A stretch of 64,000 nucleotides of DNA, from positions 1-64,000 of the IMG/VR virus record IMGVR_UViG_3300027754_000055; one strand, written 5' to 3'. Shown piece by piece: positions 54,554-64,000 of this stretch. Within the stretch, counting starts at the first letter, position 1, and each line of letters begins with the position of its first letter. The position numbers and the translations under genes were made by a program. The stretch is from a virus. The notes below the pieces were generated by a model that was given only the letters and a program-made list of their open reading frames with translations, had not been told where the DNA came from and did no database searches.

Positions 54554-57500
54554 ATGAGCAAGCCATTACCTCCAACACCAGAACAATTACAAGATCCAGA
54601 TCCATCCATAAGAGGATCACGCCGAAGGATGACAATTTATTATAATGTCAATCAAGAGCCGGACGTTGGTTTGCCATTGGCTCAGCTTGGAACTATTGAT
54701 ATAGCAGATCCTATAAAACAAAGATATGTAGAAGTTTTAAGCCAACAAACTATCAATGCACAAAATTCTATTCCAATTGCACCCAACTCTTCAGTGGGCC
54801 ATTTTTACGAAACACCAGACCCAGAACAGATACAATATATTTCAAATGATGGAAATAATCCAAGCGGCGTACCAAATGCAATCACAAACTTCTTTGTAAC
54901 TCCTAGCCAGTTTAATTTTATAGGAACTGATAGAAAAGGCGTCAGTGAACCAAAAAAAATAACTACTCGTACTTTTAGTATAAACAGATATGTAAAAAAT
55001 ATCAACACAGATGCTATAAAACATGGAGCCCTGATAGATCAACAACTTCTTAGCACCACTGGATTCAATTCACTGGAAAGTAATCAGTTTGTTGTCGTCG
55101 ATGGCACTCAAGAAAAACCCGATGATCGTTTAAAAATTGGTCCAATATATTATAATAAAAAAGGCGCTTATAAAAATACCAGCTTCGTCGGCCAACCAGT
55201 ATTAAATGGTTCAACCGTAACTGCCACAAGTATGTCCTTGGAGCATTTAAAGAAAATTGGTCTAAATATTCTGTATGATGCCGTTCAAGCTGGTGCTGGT
55301 CCTGATATAGATCCAACAAATGGAGATGGCGGTTTTTCTGAAGCTGAAGCTGGGATGGCTGTGCCATCATTGCCTAGAATTGGTAAAAAAGTAAGACTAA
55401 GCAGATTTTCTCCATCATATGAAGCTAAAAAACTTTTCGGCGTAGATAAACCAAATAACCCGTCATTTATTGACAATGAAGTAGGTGAAAATCCTACTAT
55501 GACATATGGCAATTTCTATAACCCATTTTCTCAATTTGATTCACTAGTTTCACTCGGTCAAATTGCCGTTTGTGTTGCGATGGTAATCTCATTTGTTGTC
55601 ATATTGGAATTAACTTCTATTGCAATTCCACATGACAATAGAGAACGTCTAGTGTACGATCCCCAAGCCATAGATTATGCAAATAATAAAATACTTGGAA
55701 CTTCTACCATTCCAAATCTACCTGCATATCCAACCGATGGAATGTCTGGCGGTGAGTTCCTACAACAATTTCTCGGAATCAAGGGACTTTTTACTTACAC
55801 TTTTCATGCATTCGATGACTGTTTGCAGAATGGCTTAGAAGAGTTTTTTGGCGTGCCAGGATTAAGAGATGGAACTGGTACTGCATTGGCGTCTGGTGCT
55901 TTGAGAATATTGTTGGAAAGCGGAAGATTAAATACCGTACTGAGAGATGTTATTCGTAATGGTATAGATATTATTACTAGCTCCGATCTAAATGGAGGTC
56001 CATATAGTATTGAAGCGACTGGTCGAATTATAAGAGATATTAGAGATAGCAAAATTCTTAAATTTGTTAATGTTTTGGCACAAATCGGAGATAAGATTGC
56101 CTGGGAATTAAAACTAAAAGGAACAAATACAAAAATAGGTAGCAATATAAGTGTTGTAGATACACTGCCAGACACAAGGCGTTTTTTAATAGCAAAATCA
56201 AGATTAAGTGATGGAAGATTGGGATGGTCAAATAGCAACTCTCCAATGCTTCATCTCCCATTGACATCGTTATTTGTTACAGGGGCAGATCATAGGCCAA
56301 GGCTGGAAACCGGTATAAGTGATACAACAGGACTTGATTTTCTTATTCTTAATGATAATTTAATGCAAACAGCACTTCATCAAGAAATTATTTCTTCAGC
56401 CTCAACTGATCTTGGAGGTGAAATTGGATCATTTCCAACAAAAAATAGATTATCAAAAGATTTAGTGGAAAAAATGGAGGAACAACTGGAAGCAGATTAT
56501 ATGCCCTTTTATGTTCAAGACTTAAGAACAAATGAGATATTATCTTTTCATGCTTTCCTAGAGGATTCTTCTGAAGATTTCAGCGTCGAATATACGCAGC
56601 AAGATGGCTATGGTCGAATGGATAAAGTGCAAATATACAAAGGCACTACCAGAAAAATAAACGTATCTTTTAAAATGGTTGCGACCAATGAAGAAGATCA
56701 TAATCTTATGTGGTATAAAATTAATCGGCTAGCAATGACAATTTATCCACAATGGACACAGGGCAGAGAAGTGAATGTTGGTGGCATCAAGTTTATTCAA
56801 CCATTTTCACAAATACCCGGTGCTACGCCCGTAGTTCGACTGAGACTTGGCGACTTATGGAGATCCAATTATAGTAAACAATCTATCGCAAGACTTTTCG
56901 GAGCTACAACACGAGAAGATTTTAATATATTCGGAGCCAATGCTAGAACTAGATCTGACGTTAGCGCCAGATCCCAAATCGATGCGGCAAATAAAACAAA
57001 CAGATTAATATGTGCAATGAAACCAGGAGGCGGATTTACAACAAGTGCCACACAGCCCACCACGCAGGCTAATGGTGCTATATTAGTTAATCCTAATGAT
57101 ATTTTTACTGCAAATAGATCTAAAATATATTTAAAAGGTGATTACCCAGGCGTAGAATCTATTTTGGATGAAAATTTTACTCCTCGCCCACCCAACACAA
57201 CATGGGCATTAGGCCAAGGAAAATTAATTGAATGTTCATATGTAGAAACTATTACGACAGGAATAAGATTAAATTTTGAAAGAGTCATGGAAGAACCAAC
57301 GGATATTGCTTCTGGATATAGTTTAGAACCTAAAGATGGCAAGCAAAATATAATAATACTACAAATTCAATACCTTAAATCAAATATTGATATTGATTTT
57401 ACTATGTTTTCATTACGCACCGAATTACAATCGCAACCGGAAAATACCCAAAACACTACTACTGCTGGCGAACAGGGTTTGCAGGATTTAAATCCAACTC

Positions 57501-57868
57501 AATTTTTTGATGATACAAAAAACCCAATTCTCAAATCATTTAGTTCAACATATGGAAAAGGTTTAGCAGGCGTTGTTACTGAATTCAAGGTTGACTACGG
57601 GGAAGCAAAAGGCGCATGGGGAACAAATGGTAATAGTTTTTTAAGAGCACCAAAGTTCGTCACAATTAATTTAGGCATGCAAGTAATTCACGACATACCA
57701 CTTGGCCTTGATGCAAATGGCATCATGAATGCACCAATATGGTCTGTGGGTAATATGTCAAGGCAACTTGGAGGAATAACTGAGCCATTACCTAAACTAC
57801 AAAATAGAAGTTATTTGAACGATGATAATCTTGGCGTTTTCAAAAAACCATTAATTAACAGAAGGTAA
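54554..57868 (+). CDS. Baseplate / tail-tube-initiator-like structural protein
   Basis: PFYVQDLRTNEILSFHAFL...GYGRMDKVQIYKGTTRKINVSF...PVVRLRLGD tube-fold segment; position after tape measure. Confidence 0.65.
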   Translation: MSKPLPPTPEQLQDPDPSIRGSRRRMTIYYNVNQEPDVGLPLAQLGTIDIADPIKQRYVEVLSQQTINAQNSIPIAPNSSVGHFYETPDPEQIQYISNDGNNPSGVPNAITNFFVTPSQFNFIGTDRKGVSEPKKITTRTFSINRYVKNINTDAIKHGALIDQQLLSTTGFNSLESNQFVVVDGTQEKPDDRLKIGPIYYNKKGAYKNTSFVGQPVLNGSTVTATSMSLEHLKKIGLNILYDAVQAGAGPDIDPTNGDGGFSEAEAGMAVPSLPRIGKKVRLSRFSPSYEAKKLFGVDKPNNPSFIDNEVGENPTMTYGNFYNPFSQFDSLVSLGQIAVCVAMVISFVVILELTSIAIPHDNRERLVYDPQAIDYANNKILGTSTIPNLPAYPTDGMSGGEFLQQFLGIKGLFTYTFHAFDDCLQNGLEEFFGVPGLRDGTGTALASGALRILLESGRLNTVLRDVIRNGIDIITSSDLNGGPYSIEATGRIIRDIRDSKILKFVNVLAQIGDKIAWELKLKGTNTKIGSNISVVDTLPDTRRFLIAKSRLSDGRLGWSNSNSPMLHLPLTSLFVTGADHRPRLETGISDTTGLDFLILNDNLMQTALHQEIISSASTDLGGEIGSFPTKNRLSKDLVEKMEEQLEADYMPFYVQDLRTNEILSFHAFLEDSSEDFSVEYTQQDGYGRMDKVQIYKGTTRKINVSFKMVATNEEDHNLMWYKINRLAMTIYPQWTQGREVNVGGIKFIQPFSQIPGATPVVRLRLGDLWRSNYSKQSIARLFGATTREDFNIFGANARTRSDVSARSQIDAANKTNRLICAMKPGGGFTTSATQPTTQANGAILVNPNDIFTANRSKIYLKGDYPGVESILDENFTPRPPNTTWALGQGKLIECSYVETITTGIRLNFERVMEEPTDIASGYSLEPKDGKQNIIILQIQYLKSNIDIDFTMFSLRTELQSQPENTQNTTTAGEQGLQDLNPTQFFDDTKNPILKSFSSTYGKGLAGVVTEFKVDYGEAKGAWGTNGNSFLRAPKFVTINLGMQVIHDIPLGLDANGIMNAPIWSVGNMSRQLGGITEPLPKLQNRSYLNDDNLGVFKKPLINRR

Positions 57869-57873
57869 CGGAA

Positions 57874-58167
57874 ATGGCAATAAGCAGATATAGTTTATCA
57901 CCAAAAATTAATTTTGGTTTTCAATATGGCACCAGTGAAACAATTTCTTTAATAAGAGCAGGAATAGCTTCTGGTGCAATAGCAACACAAGTGATTTTCT
58001 TAAAAGAAATAGTTAGATTGGATGTTCTTGCTGGGCAATATTATGGTGACGGAAGGTACTACTGGCTCCTATGTTGCGGTTCAAACGTGGGCTGGGCACT
58101 TCAAACGCCTCCAAATACACGAATTGTGATACCAAATTTAGAACAATCTTTGAGATATTTAGGTTAA
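57874..58167 (+). CDS. LysM-like baseplate wedge protein (gp53-like)
   Basis: RLDVLAGQYYGDGRYYWLL...RIVIP. Confidence 0.8.
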   Translation: MAISRYSLSPKINFGFQYGTSETISLIRAGIASGAIATQVIFLKEIVRLDVLAGQYYGDGRYYWLLCCGSNVGWALQTPPNTRIVIPNLEQSLRYLG

Positions 58168-58210
58168 AAAATATATCTTATGATTCTTTATGTACTTAAG
58201 ATAAATTACA

Positions 58211-61200
58211 ATGCTTAAATTAGATTTAAAACTCACAAAAGAACAAAAAAGTATTCGTTTAGGAAAAATAAGAGATCGTTTTGCTCCATATTTTGGTTTT
58301 GTTGTGTCAGGAAGTATATCGGAAGCACTCGCACTTAATCAAGCTATTAATTCCCAAAGACAAAATGAAATAAGTGGTGCAGTTAATCCAGCAGGTCGTC
58401 TTGCATTAACTCCTGACCGTAACGCAGCACAGGTTTTTAATATATTTCTTGATGGTGGCTCAGGTGCATTAAAAGCCATAGCTGATCAACAACCAGCTAG
58501 TCCTGGTAGCAGCACGACTACAGATTCATCTATTAAAGGAAGAATTATTAATCTTTTTACAGGTGCCGATACTCATGCTACACAAAATTTTTCAAATTAT
58601 GTTCAAATGCATTATTGCAATAGCCAAAACACCACACAGGCCGGAGAAAAAACATTTTTTCCAAATCTAGATAGAATTGGATTTAATAATAATGATGAAA
58701 GATCAAAACAAAAATTATCTGTTTTTAGGATGATTCATCCACTTTTAGCCCCAGGTGAAAAAAATGCAGATTTATTGACAATATTTTTTAATGCTTTCCC
58801 AACACTAGAATTAGTAAGAGCTACACCAGTACTTGATATTAAAATGTATTCTTCACGACAAGTATTTCAAGATGGTAGACTTGCTGCTATTTCTCTGCAA
58901 AAAACCTTAGAAGGTGCCGTTGAAGCACCTGATGGAACAAATCAAAATTCAGCTTTAAGGGCAATTGGTCTCGCTAACCAAACAACCTCTTCACAATTTG
59001 GAGATAGCTCATTAGATTTTCAAAATTATTCTATTGCCGGTATGGAACTATTCCGTGCTCCACAAACCATGGTAAATCCAGATGCAACAAAAATAAAAAG
59101 CAATTTTCTTGCTCCTGTCATTGACCCATTTCGACCATTGGCATCAATAAAAAGTTTTGATGTGGATGTTAAAAGTGCCGTGGGACTTATTTCAACTAAA
59201 ACAGCAAAACTTGAAATTGTATTACACGATAGATCAAGAATGGGAGAATTTGCGGATATTATTAAACCGGATCGTTACGGCTCTTCTTTTATTGAAGTAG
59301 AATACGGATGGTCGCACCCAGACCAAATGGAACATGACCCAAATAGTTTAAACGGAAATCCTTATGCCGATATATTAAATCTTACTCGTACAAAAGAACA
59401 TTATAATATTACCAATAGTTCCTTTAGCTTTGATGAGGTCGGACAAGTTAATATATCCTTAAATCTAGTTACTCGTGGCGCTTCAGAGATGACAGAATTA
59501 TCAATTACTGGAAACCAGGAATATTTAAAACAACAACTGAGGATTATAGAAAATATATCAAAAACAATAAATCGTTTATCAGCTGTTGCTTTTGGAAATC
59601 AAAGAGAAACTCAGGGTGGTACAAATACGCATCGACAAGAAGTTAGAGGCCATCAAATGCTGGGGGCTGTAGGCGATGCCACAAATATGCTTGTTGTGAA
59701 CGCAGAATTACTGAATTCATTACGCCAATTAAGAGAATCATTAGATTCTCGTATTACAGGGAGAGGAAATGCGGCATCATCGGACAATGTAAGAAGTGCT
59801 TCCGAACAAATGGTGCGTGAAATAAATTCTTTGTTAGGTCCAAGTACTTCTACCAGCACAACTCAAGTAGTTACGGGAGCAATAGGAAATATACAGTCAT
59901 CGGTCAATAGAGATATTTATGAATCTCTAAGAAATATAAATAAAACAGATCCTACTAATATGAATGATTTTGATGCAGATATATTTTTCAATAATATGCC
60001 TGAAAATCAAAAAAATTATTTTAAAAGCAATGCAAACGTATTAACAAGAAGAGATCCTCCAATTAGACGTGGAGCAGAAACAAACGAGAACAATCAATTA
60101 TTAGATGTTGCGGAATTAAATCATAATCTTGGTAACAATAGAAGAAAAGTTGTATCGTTAGGAACTTTATTTACAGCATTTGTGGCTAAACCGTTAGCAA
60201 TGATACAAGACACATCAACAGCACAAGATAAATTTGAAGAAGTGCAAGTTTATTTTTATAATTTCAACAATAAAGCTAGCAGGATGAGTCACTGCAATAT
60301 AAGTCAATTTCCAATAATGATAGATTTTTTTGCACGTGAATATTCACGATTAAGATTAGAGAATTTAAATAGATCAGTAAACATGTCGGTAATAGAATTT
60401 GTCAACTTTCTAGCTAATAAAATGGTCGATGACTCTATGAATCCAGCCTACGGCATAAGTGATTTATATAGATATAATAGTGAAAGTAGAGAATTAGAAA
60501 TTGCTACGAGTGGACGCAATGAAGAAGTTAGACAAGATAATTTTAATCTTAGAATGAGAAATGTTATGGAAAGTAATAACATTGGACATTCGCCAGATTT
60601 CCAGATGCCACAGATAACATTAGACATTGAAGCTGTTCCTTATGCTTATGACGAAAAAAAAACTATATTAAAACTACACATTTATGATAAAGCTTGTTCA
60701 TCTACAGCACCTTTAAGAGAACTATTATCTTTATCAACAGAAAATCTCATGTCAACGCTTTCGTCGTTTCCCGCAAATCAAGAATCCGCAGAGGCGCAAG
60801 AACAAGCAAATGCTGCGGAAAGTAATTCAACACAAGCAAACGCTAGACATCATCATCATGGTCATAGGCAAAATAGAAATCCAGCACCAGCAACAGTAGA
60901 TCCACATCCATTGATGAGTGCATGGAGAAGCTCTTATCGAACTATTTTAGATCATGCAAATGATATTGGAATGATCGTGCCTGTCAATGAGGCCGCTAGA
61001 AATTTATTAAATAATATTAATCAACAAATATCAAACATACCACAAAATCCACAATTTAGGTTTACAGGTGGACCAAAGAGATTAAAGGAAATGGTTATGC
61101 AGTATGTGCCGCATATTATTTATGGGTCCATGTATTCAACAGTTAAATCTGCAAATTTATCGACACAGCAAAATGCACAGCTTGCATCGATTAATATGTT

Positions 61201-61570
61201 AAGAAGCCTTAACGGTGATCCAGTCGCAGCAAACGGCGAACAAGCTGGTGGCGTACCGTTGAGTGTCTATCCATGCGAATTATCTATTACAACTTTGGGA
61301 TGCCCATTTATTCGTTACTCGCAGGAAATATTTGTTGATTTTAATACAAATACTACAGCAGATAACATTTATTATGTAACGGGTTTATCTCATAAAATAG
61401 AGGCTGGTAACTATGAGACCACAATTAAACTTACTCCCAATGATGCTTTTGGTCAATATCGTAACATGATTTCTCAAATTAATTCAGCAGCTGGTTACTT
61501 AAGTGATGCAAATTCTCACGCCACCTCTGCACCTAATTCAACGACTTCACAGCAGCCATCTGGAAGATAA
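58211..61570 (+). CDS. Baseplate hub-like structural protein
   Basis: IEVEYGWSH; C-terminal ELSITTLGCP...YYVTGLSHKIEAGNYETTIKL; module position. Confidence 0.65.
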   Translation: MLKLDLKLTKEQKSIRLGKIRDRFAPYFGFVVSGSISEALALNQAINSQRQNEISGAVNPAGRLALTPDRNAAQVFNIFLDGGSGALKAIADQQPASPGSSTTTDSSIKGRIINLFTGADTHATQNFSNYVQMHYCNSQNTTQAGEKTFFPNLDRIGFNNNDERSKQKLSVFRMIHPLLAPGEKNADLLTIFFNAFPTLELVRATPVLDIKMYSSRQVFQDGRLAAISLQKTLEGAVEAPDGTNQNSALRAIGLANQTTSSQFGDSSLDFQNYSIAGMELFRAPQTMVNPDATKIKSNFLAPVIDPFRPLASIKSFDVDVKSAVGLISTKTAKLEIVLHDRSRMGEFADIIKPDRYGSSFIEVEYGWSHPDQMEHDPNSLNGNPYADILNLTRTKEHYNITNSSFSFDEVGQVNISLNLVTRGASEMTELSITGNQEYLKQQLRIIENISKTINRLSAVAFGNQRETQGGTNTHRQEVRGHQMLGAVGDATNMLVVNAELLNSLRQLRESLDSRITGRGNAASSDNVRSASEQMVREINSLLGPSTSTSTTQVVTGAIGNIQSSVNRDIYESLRNINKTDPTNMNDFDADIFFNNMPENQKNYFKSNANVLTRRDPPIRRGAETNENNQLLDVAELNHNLGNNRRKVVSLGTLFTAFVAKPLAMIQDTSTAQDKFEEVQVYFYNFNNKASRMSHCNISQFPIMIDFFAREYSRLRLENLNRSVNMSVIEFVNFLANKMVDDSMNPAYGISDLYRYNSESRELEIATSGRNEEVRQDNFNLRMRNVMESNNIGHSPDFQMPQITLDIEAVPYAYDEKKTILKLHIYDKACSSTAPLRELLSLSTENLMSTLSSFPANQESAEAQEQANAAESNSTQANARHHHHGHRQNRNPAPATVDPHPLMSAWRSSYRTILDHANDIGMIVPVNEAARNLLNNINQQISNIPQNPQFRFTGGPKRLKEMVMQYVPHIIYGSMYSTVKSANLSTQQNAQLASINMLRSLNGDPVAANGEQAGGVPLSVYPCELSITTLGCPFIRYSQEIFVDFNTNTTADNIYYVTGLSHKIEAGNYETTIKLTPNDAFGQYRNMISQINSAAGYLSDANSHATSAPNSTTSQQPSGR

Positions 61571-61617
61571 TTTTATCTGATTGCTTTTGATAAGGATTGC
61601 TGTATAGTACATCCTAT

Positions 61618-62721
61618 ATGGAAAGTAATATCATTTCTCAACTATATCTTTTACCTTCTCCCCGACTCGCTCCAGAGACGCACCAGAAGGCTTTTAAAGG
61701 GCTCTCAGCAAGGCTCCAAGGCAATGCCGTTCCATGGGAACTAGCGGTTCCTGAGAAGGCTTATAGAGCGATTAAAAAGGATCAAGAAGCGTATGCCGCA
61801 GAACTACAAAACTTGGATCTCAGTTATGTTCACCAAATCTATGAACCAACAAACCAAGTGTTTGATTTCTTGCAGCCAGCAAAAATAAACACAGAAAAAT
61901 ATAACCAGTATATTCAATTGGATACAACCAGCCATACCGAAAGCTTTGCACCCAATGAAGAAGGTTATGCCAGACCCGTAGAATATGATCGGCTATCCAC
62001 TCTAACCGGTAGACTAAAAACAATCTCTGGTCCACGACTATTGCTTCTCCCCAAAATATACCGAGGTTTAATGGAATCCCGCTGGGGAACCAAAGGGAAA
62101 ATAATCTCATTAGATTATAGCTCTCTAGAGCCACGAACTCTTTTAGCTGCTTGTGGAGGACAACCAATAGAGAAGGATGTATATTCAAATATTAAGGATA
62201 ATCTCTTTAAAGATATCAATAATATCAACAGAACTACCGTTAAAAAAGTTGTGTTATCTGAATTGTATGGCGCTGGATTAGATTCCATTAAAGAAAAACT
62301 ACCCGATGTGCAAGACGTAGCATGGGTAGTTAATGAAATCAGAAATTATTTCGGTATTGAAAAGCTAAAACAAAAACTATATTCGGAATGGATCTCTAGC
62401 GGTCAAAGATATATCACTAATTTCTATGGCAGAAGAGTGAAAACAGAAAATACTCATACTTTGATAAACCATTATATTCAATCAACCGCTGTGGATATAT
62501 CTTTGCAAGGATTTTTAAATATCCTACAATTCATCAAAGACATGGATCGTCTTTCAGATATCATTCCATTGTTTATTTTACATGATGCCATTATTTTAGA
62601 CGTAAACGAAAATGCTTTTACAATGTTAAATGCATTATGTAAGGTTGGATCTACAGATATAAAGGATCTAGCAGATACTAAATTCTATATGTCGATTGAT
62701 AAGGAATTCGCACTCACATGA
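61618..62721 (+). CDS. Short family A DNA polymerase-like protein
   Basis: TLTGRL, motif A SLDYSSLEPR, motif B RTTVKKVVLSELYG, NHYIQSTAVD, motif C LHDAIILD; no evident exonuclease domain. Confidence 0.85.
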   Translation: MESNIISQLYLLPSPRLAPETHQKAFKGLSARLQGNAVPWELAVPEKAYRAIKKDQEAYAAELQNLDLSYVHQIYEPTNQVFDFLQPAKINTEKYNQYIQLDTTSHTESFAPNEEGYARPVEYDRLSTLTGRLKTISGPRLLLLPKIYRGLMESRWGTKGKIISLDYSSLEPRTLLAACGGQPIEKDVYSNIKDNLFKDINNINRTTVKKVVLSELYGAGLDSIKEKLPDVQDVAWVVNEIRNYFGIEKLKQKLYSEWISSGQRYITNFYGRRVKTENTHTLINHYIQSTAVDISLQGFLNILQFIKDMDRLSDIIPLFILHDAIILDVNENAFTMLNALCKVGSTDIKDLADTKFYMSIDKEFALT

Positions 62722-63071
62722 ACACCATAGATAAAATTAAGCTTCTAGCATCTGAATATGGGGACGGGAAATGTACGAATGTTTCCGTAATTCACTCAGA
62801 TTATTTGGCAGAAAGACTTGGAAAATATCGTGCTTTTGCCCAACTCGCAATTGAAAAGCACGATTGCCAAAATGAGCATCTCAATGATATTGAGCACGGA
62901 AGAGGAAATACAGAAGAAGAAGCAATTGAGAACTTGTATCTCAGATGTTTAAAAACCATCAACAATGAAAGCTCTATTCTAACTTCGGAAATAGAAAAAC
63001 TTAAAAATCATTTATCTAAAATGACTACCAATTTAGAACATTTAAACAACCTACTGAAAGAAACAAAATGA
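62718..63071 (+). CDS. Hypothetical protein
   Basis: ATGA overlaps on both sides. Confidence 0.65.
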   Translation: MNTIDKIKLLASEYGDGKCTNVSVIHSDYLAERLGKYRAFAQLAIEKHDCQNEHLNDIEHGRGNTEEEAIENLYLRCLKTINNESSILTSEIEKLKNHLSKMTTNLEHLNNLLKETK

Positions 63072-63676
63072 CACCAGAACAAACAGTTATCAAAAATTTT
63101 GAATTATTTAAAACACAAACATCAAAACTTGGTCCAAAGGCCGGAAAACTATTAGAATTTATTGATGCAAACGCAGAGCGTATTATGCTTTCGCCAGCAT
63201 CCTCTAAAGTTGATTATAACTGTTGTCATGTTGGAGGCTTAGTCGAGCATTCATTGCGTGTGCTACAAAACGCAGCAAAGCTACGTCAGGTTTACAATCA
63301 AACAGAAACCATTTCTACTCCTAGCCTAATTCTTTGTTCTTTGTTTCATGATATTGGAAAAATCGGCACAGAAACCAAAGATTATTATATTGAAAACACT
63401 TCTAAATGGCATCGTGAAACTCTAGGCCAACTTTATGTAATTACCGACAAACTTCAACACGTACCTGTATCTCAAATTAGTCTTTGGTGGCTTTCTAAAC
63501 AATCAGTTGACTTAGATCTGGATGAATGGTACAGTATATCTGCGATTGGTAATAAACACCGGCAAGAAGAGTTGCCAACGCAAGGAGAGCCTTGGTTAAC
63601 AGTTATTTTGCAACAAGCAATTAAATCTGCTTGTTTGATGGGTAAAGGTAAAACCAAGGTAAATCCCATACAATAA
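63068..63676 (+). CDS. HD-domain protein
   Basis: SPAS...GGLVEHSLRV...LFHDIGKIG; the distal H/D ligands look degenerate. Confidence 0.8.
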   Translation: MTPEQTVIKNFELFKTQTSKLGPKAGKLLEFIDANAERIMLSPASSKVDYNCCHVGGLVEHSLRVLQNAAKLRQVYNQTETISTPSLILCSLFHDIGKIGTETKDYYIENTSKWHRETLGQLYVITDKLQHVPVSQISLWWLSKQSVDLDLDEWYSISAIGNKHRQEELPTQGEPWLTVILQQAIKSACLMGKGKTKVNPIQ

Positions 63677-63770
63677 TCTCTTTTTGTACTATACTTATTA
63701 GGTAGACCACCCCAATAGAGTATATTGAATACTAAACAAAATAGTGGTAAGAAAAAAGGAAAAAAACATC

Positions 63771-64000
63771 ATGGCATATAATATTGACGCAATCCGTTCC
63801 GCTCTAACCAAAGGCGACAAAACAGCCGCCAAAACAACCACAAGCGATAAACCAAAACAAGCATACTGGAAGCCAACAGTCGGTGAGCATGATCTACGAT
63901 TTTTGCCAATCCAATCATCAACAGGTGAACCCTTTCAAGAAGTACTCTTTTATGACAAAAGGGAGCTATCTGAACGACGTTTTGTAGCACCTTATGCTTT
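63771..64000 (+). CDS. Single-stranded DNA-binding protein (gp32-like), truncated by window end
   Basis: Hand translation MAYNIDAIRSAL...AYWKPTVGEHDLRFLP...GEPFQEVLFY; AAGGA RBS. Confidence 0.75.
   Translation, partial: MAYNIDAIRSALTKGDKTAAKTTTSDKPKQAYWKPTVGEHDLRFLPIQSSTGEPFQEVLFYDKRELSERRFVAPYA

Noticed and set aside
48970-59859. Numerous minus-strand ORFs inside tail genes, and similar ones inside 1338-4550
   Set aside because: Antisense shadows of long genes, without RBS or recognisable motifs.
62907-62926. Near match (AATACAGAAGAAGAAGCAAT) to the predicted TnpB guide
   Set aside because: Two mismatches in the seed-proximal part, no TTTAT TAM, and low-complexity GAA codons.
1-64000. CRISPR array or cas genes
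   Set aside because: No regularly spaced short direct repeats seen. The only RuvC protein is a TnpB bounded by IS ends.

Overview
AT-rich 64-kb segment of a large (jumbo-type), probably contractile-tailed dsDNA bacteriophage using the standard genetic code. Core genes: primase, single-chain Mre11-Rad50 (SbcDC) fusion, intein-containing terminase large subunit, sigma70-family factor, tape measure and baseplate module, short family A polymerase-like protein, HD protein and the start of a gp32-like SSB. Between them lies about 35 kb of accessory genes in two interleaved classes. Class 1: mostly + strand genes behind sigma70-type promoters, including at least 15 paralogues of a small SH3-like family. 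Class 2: singly inserted, often - strand genes behind a TANTTA motif; their products carry a shared terminal 'xxIL(F/Y)E / LKxIIKE' peptide on unrelated enzyme domains (RNA ligase, ART-like, GNAT-like, kinase-like, nuclease-like). I infer that class 2 is a tagged virion-cargo system. One IS200/IS605-type TnpB family occurs in four forms: a full tnpB element, an omegaRNA-only cassette, a 44-bp end-fusion and a partial copy at the window edge. Removing each of the three complete copies restores an open reading frame at a TTTAT target. Also present: tRNA-Arg(TCT), an atypical tRNA-like element inside a hairpin array, a candidate split sigma factor, an orphan shortened tail-tube-like gene, and an SF2 helicase with four tandem repeats coupled to a methyltransferase-like gene. 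All family calls come from motif recognition by eye; no database searches were run.
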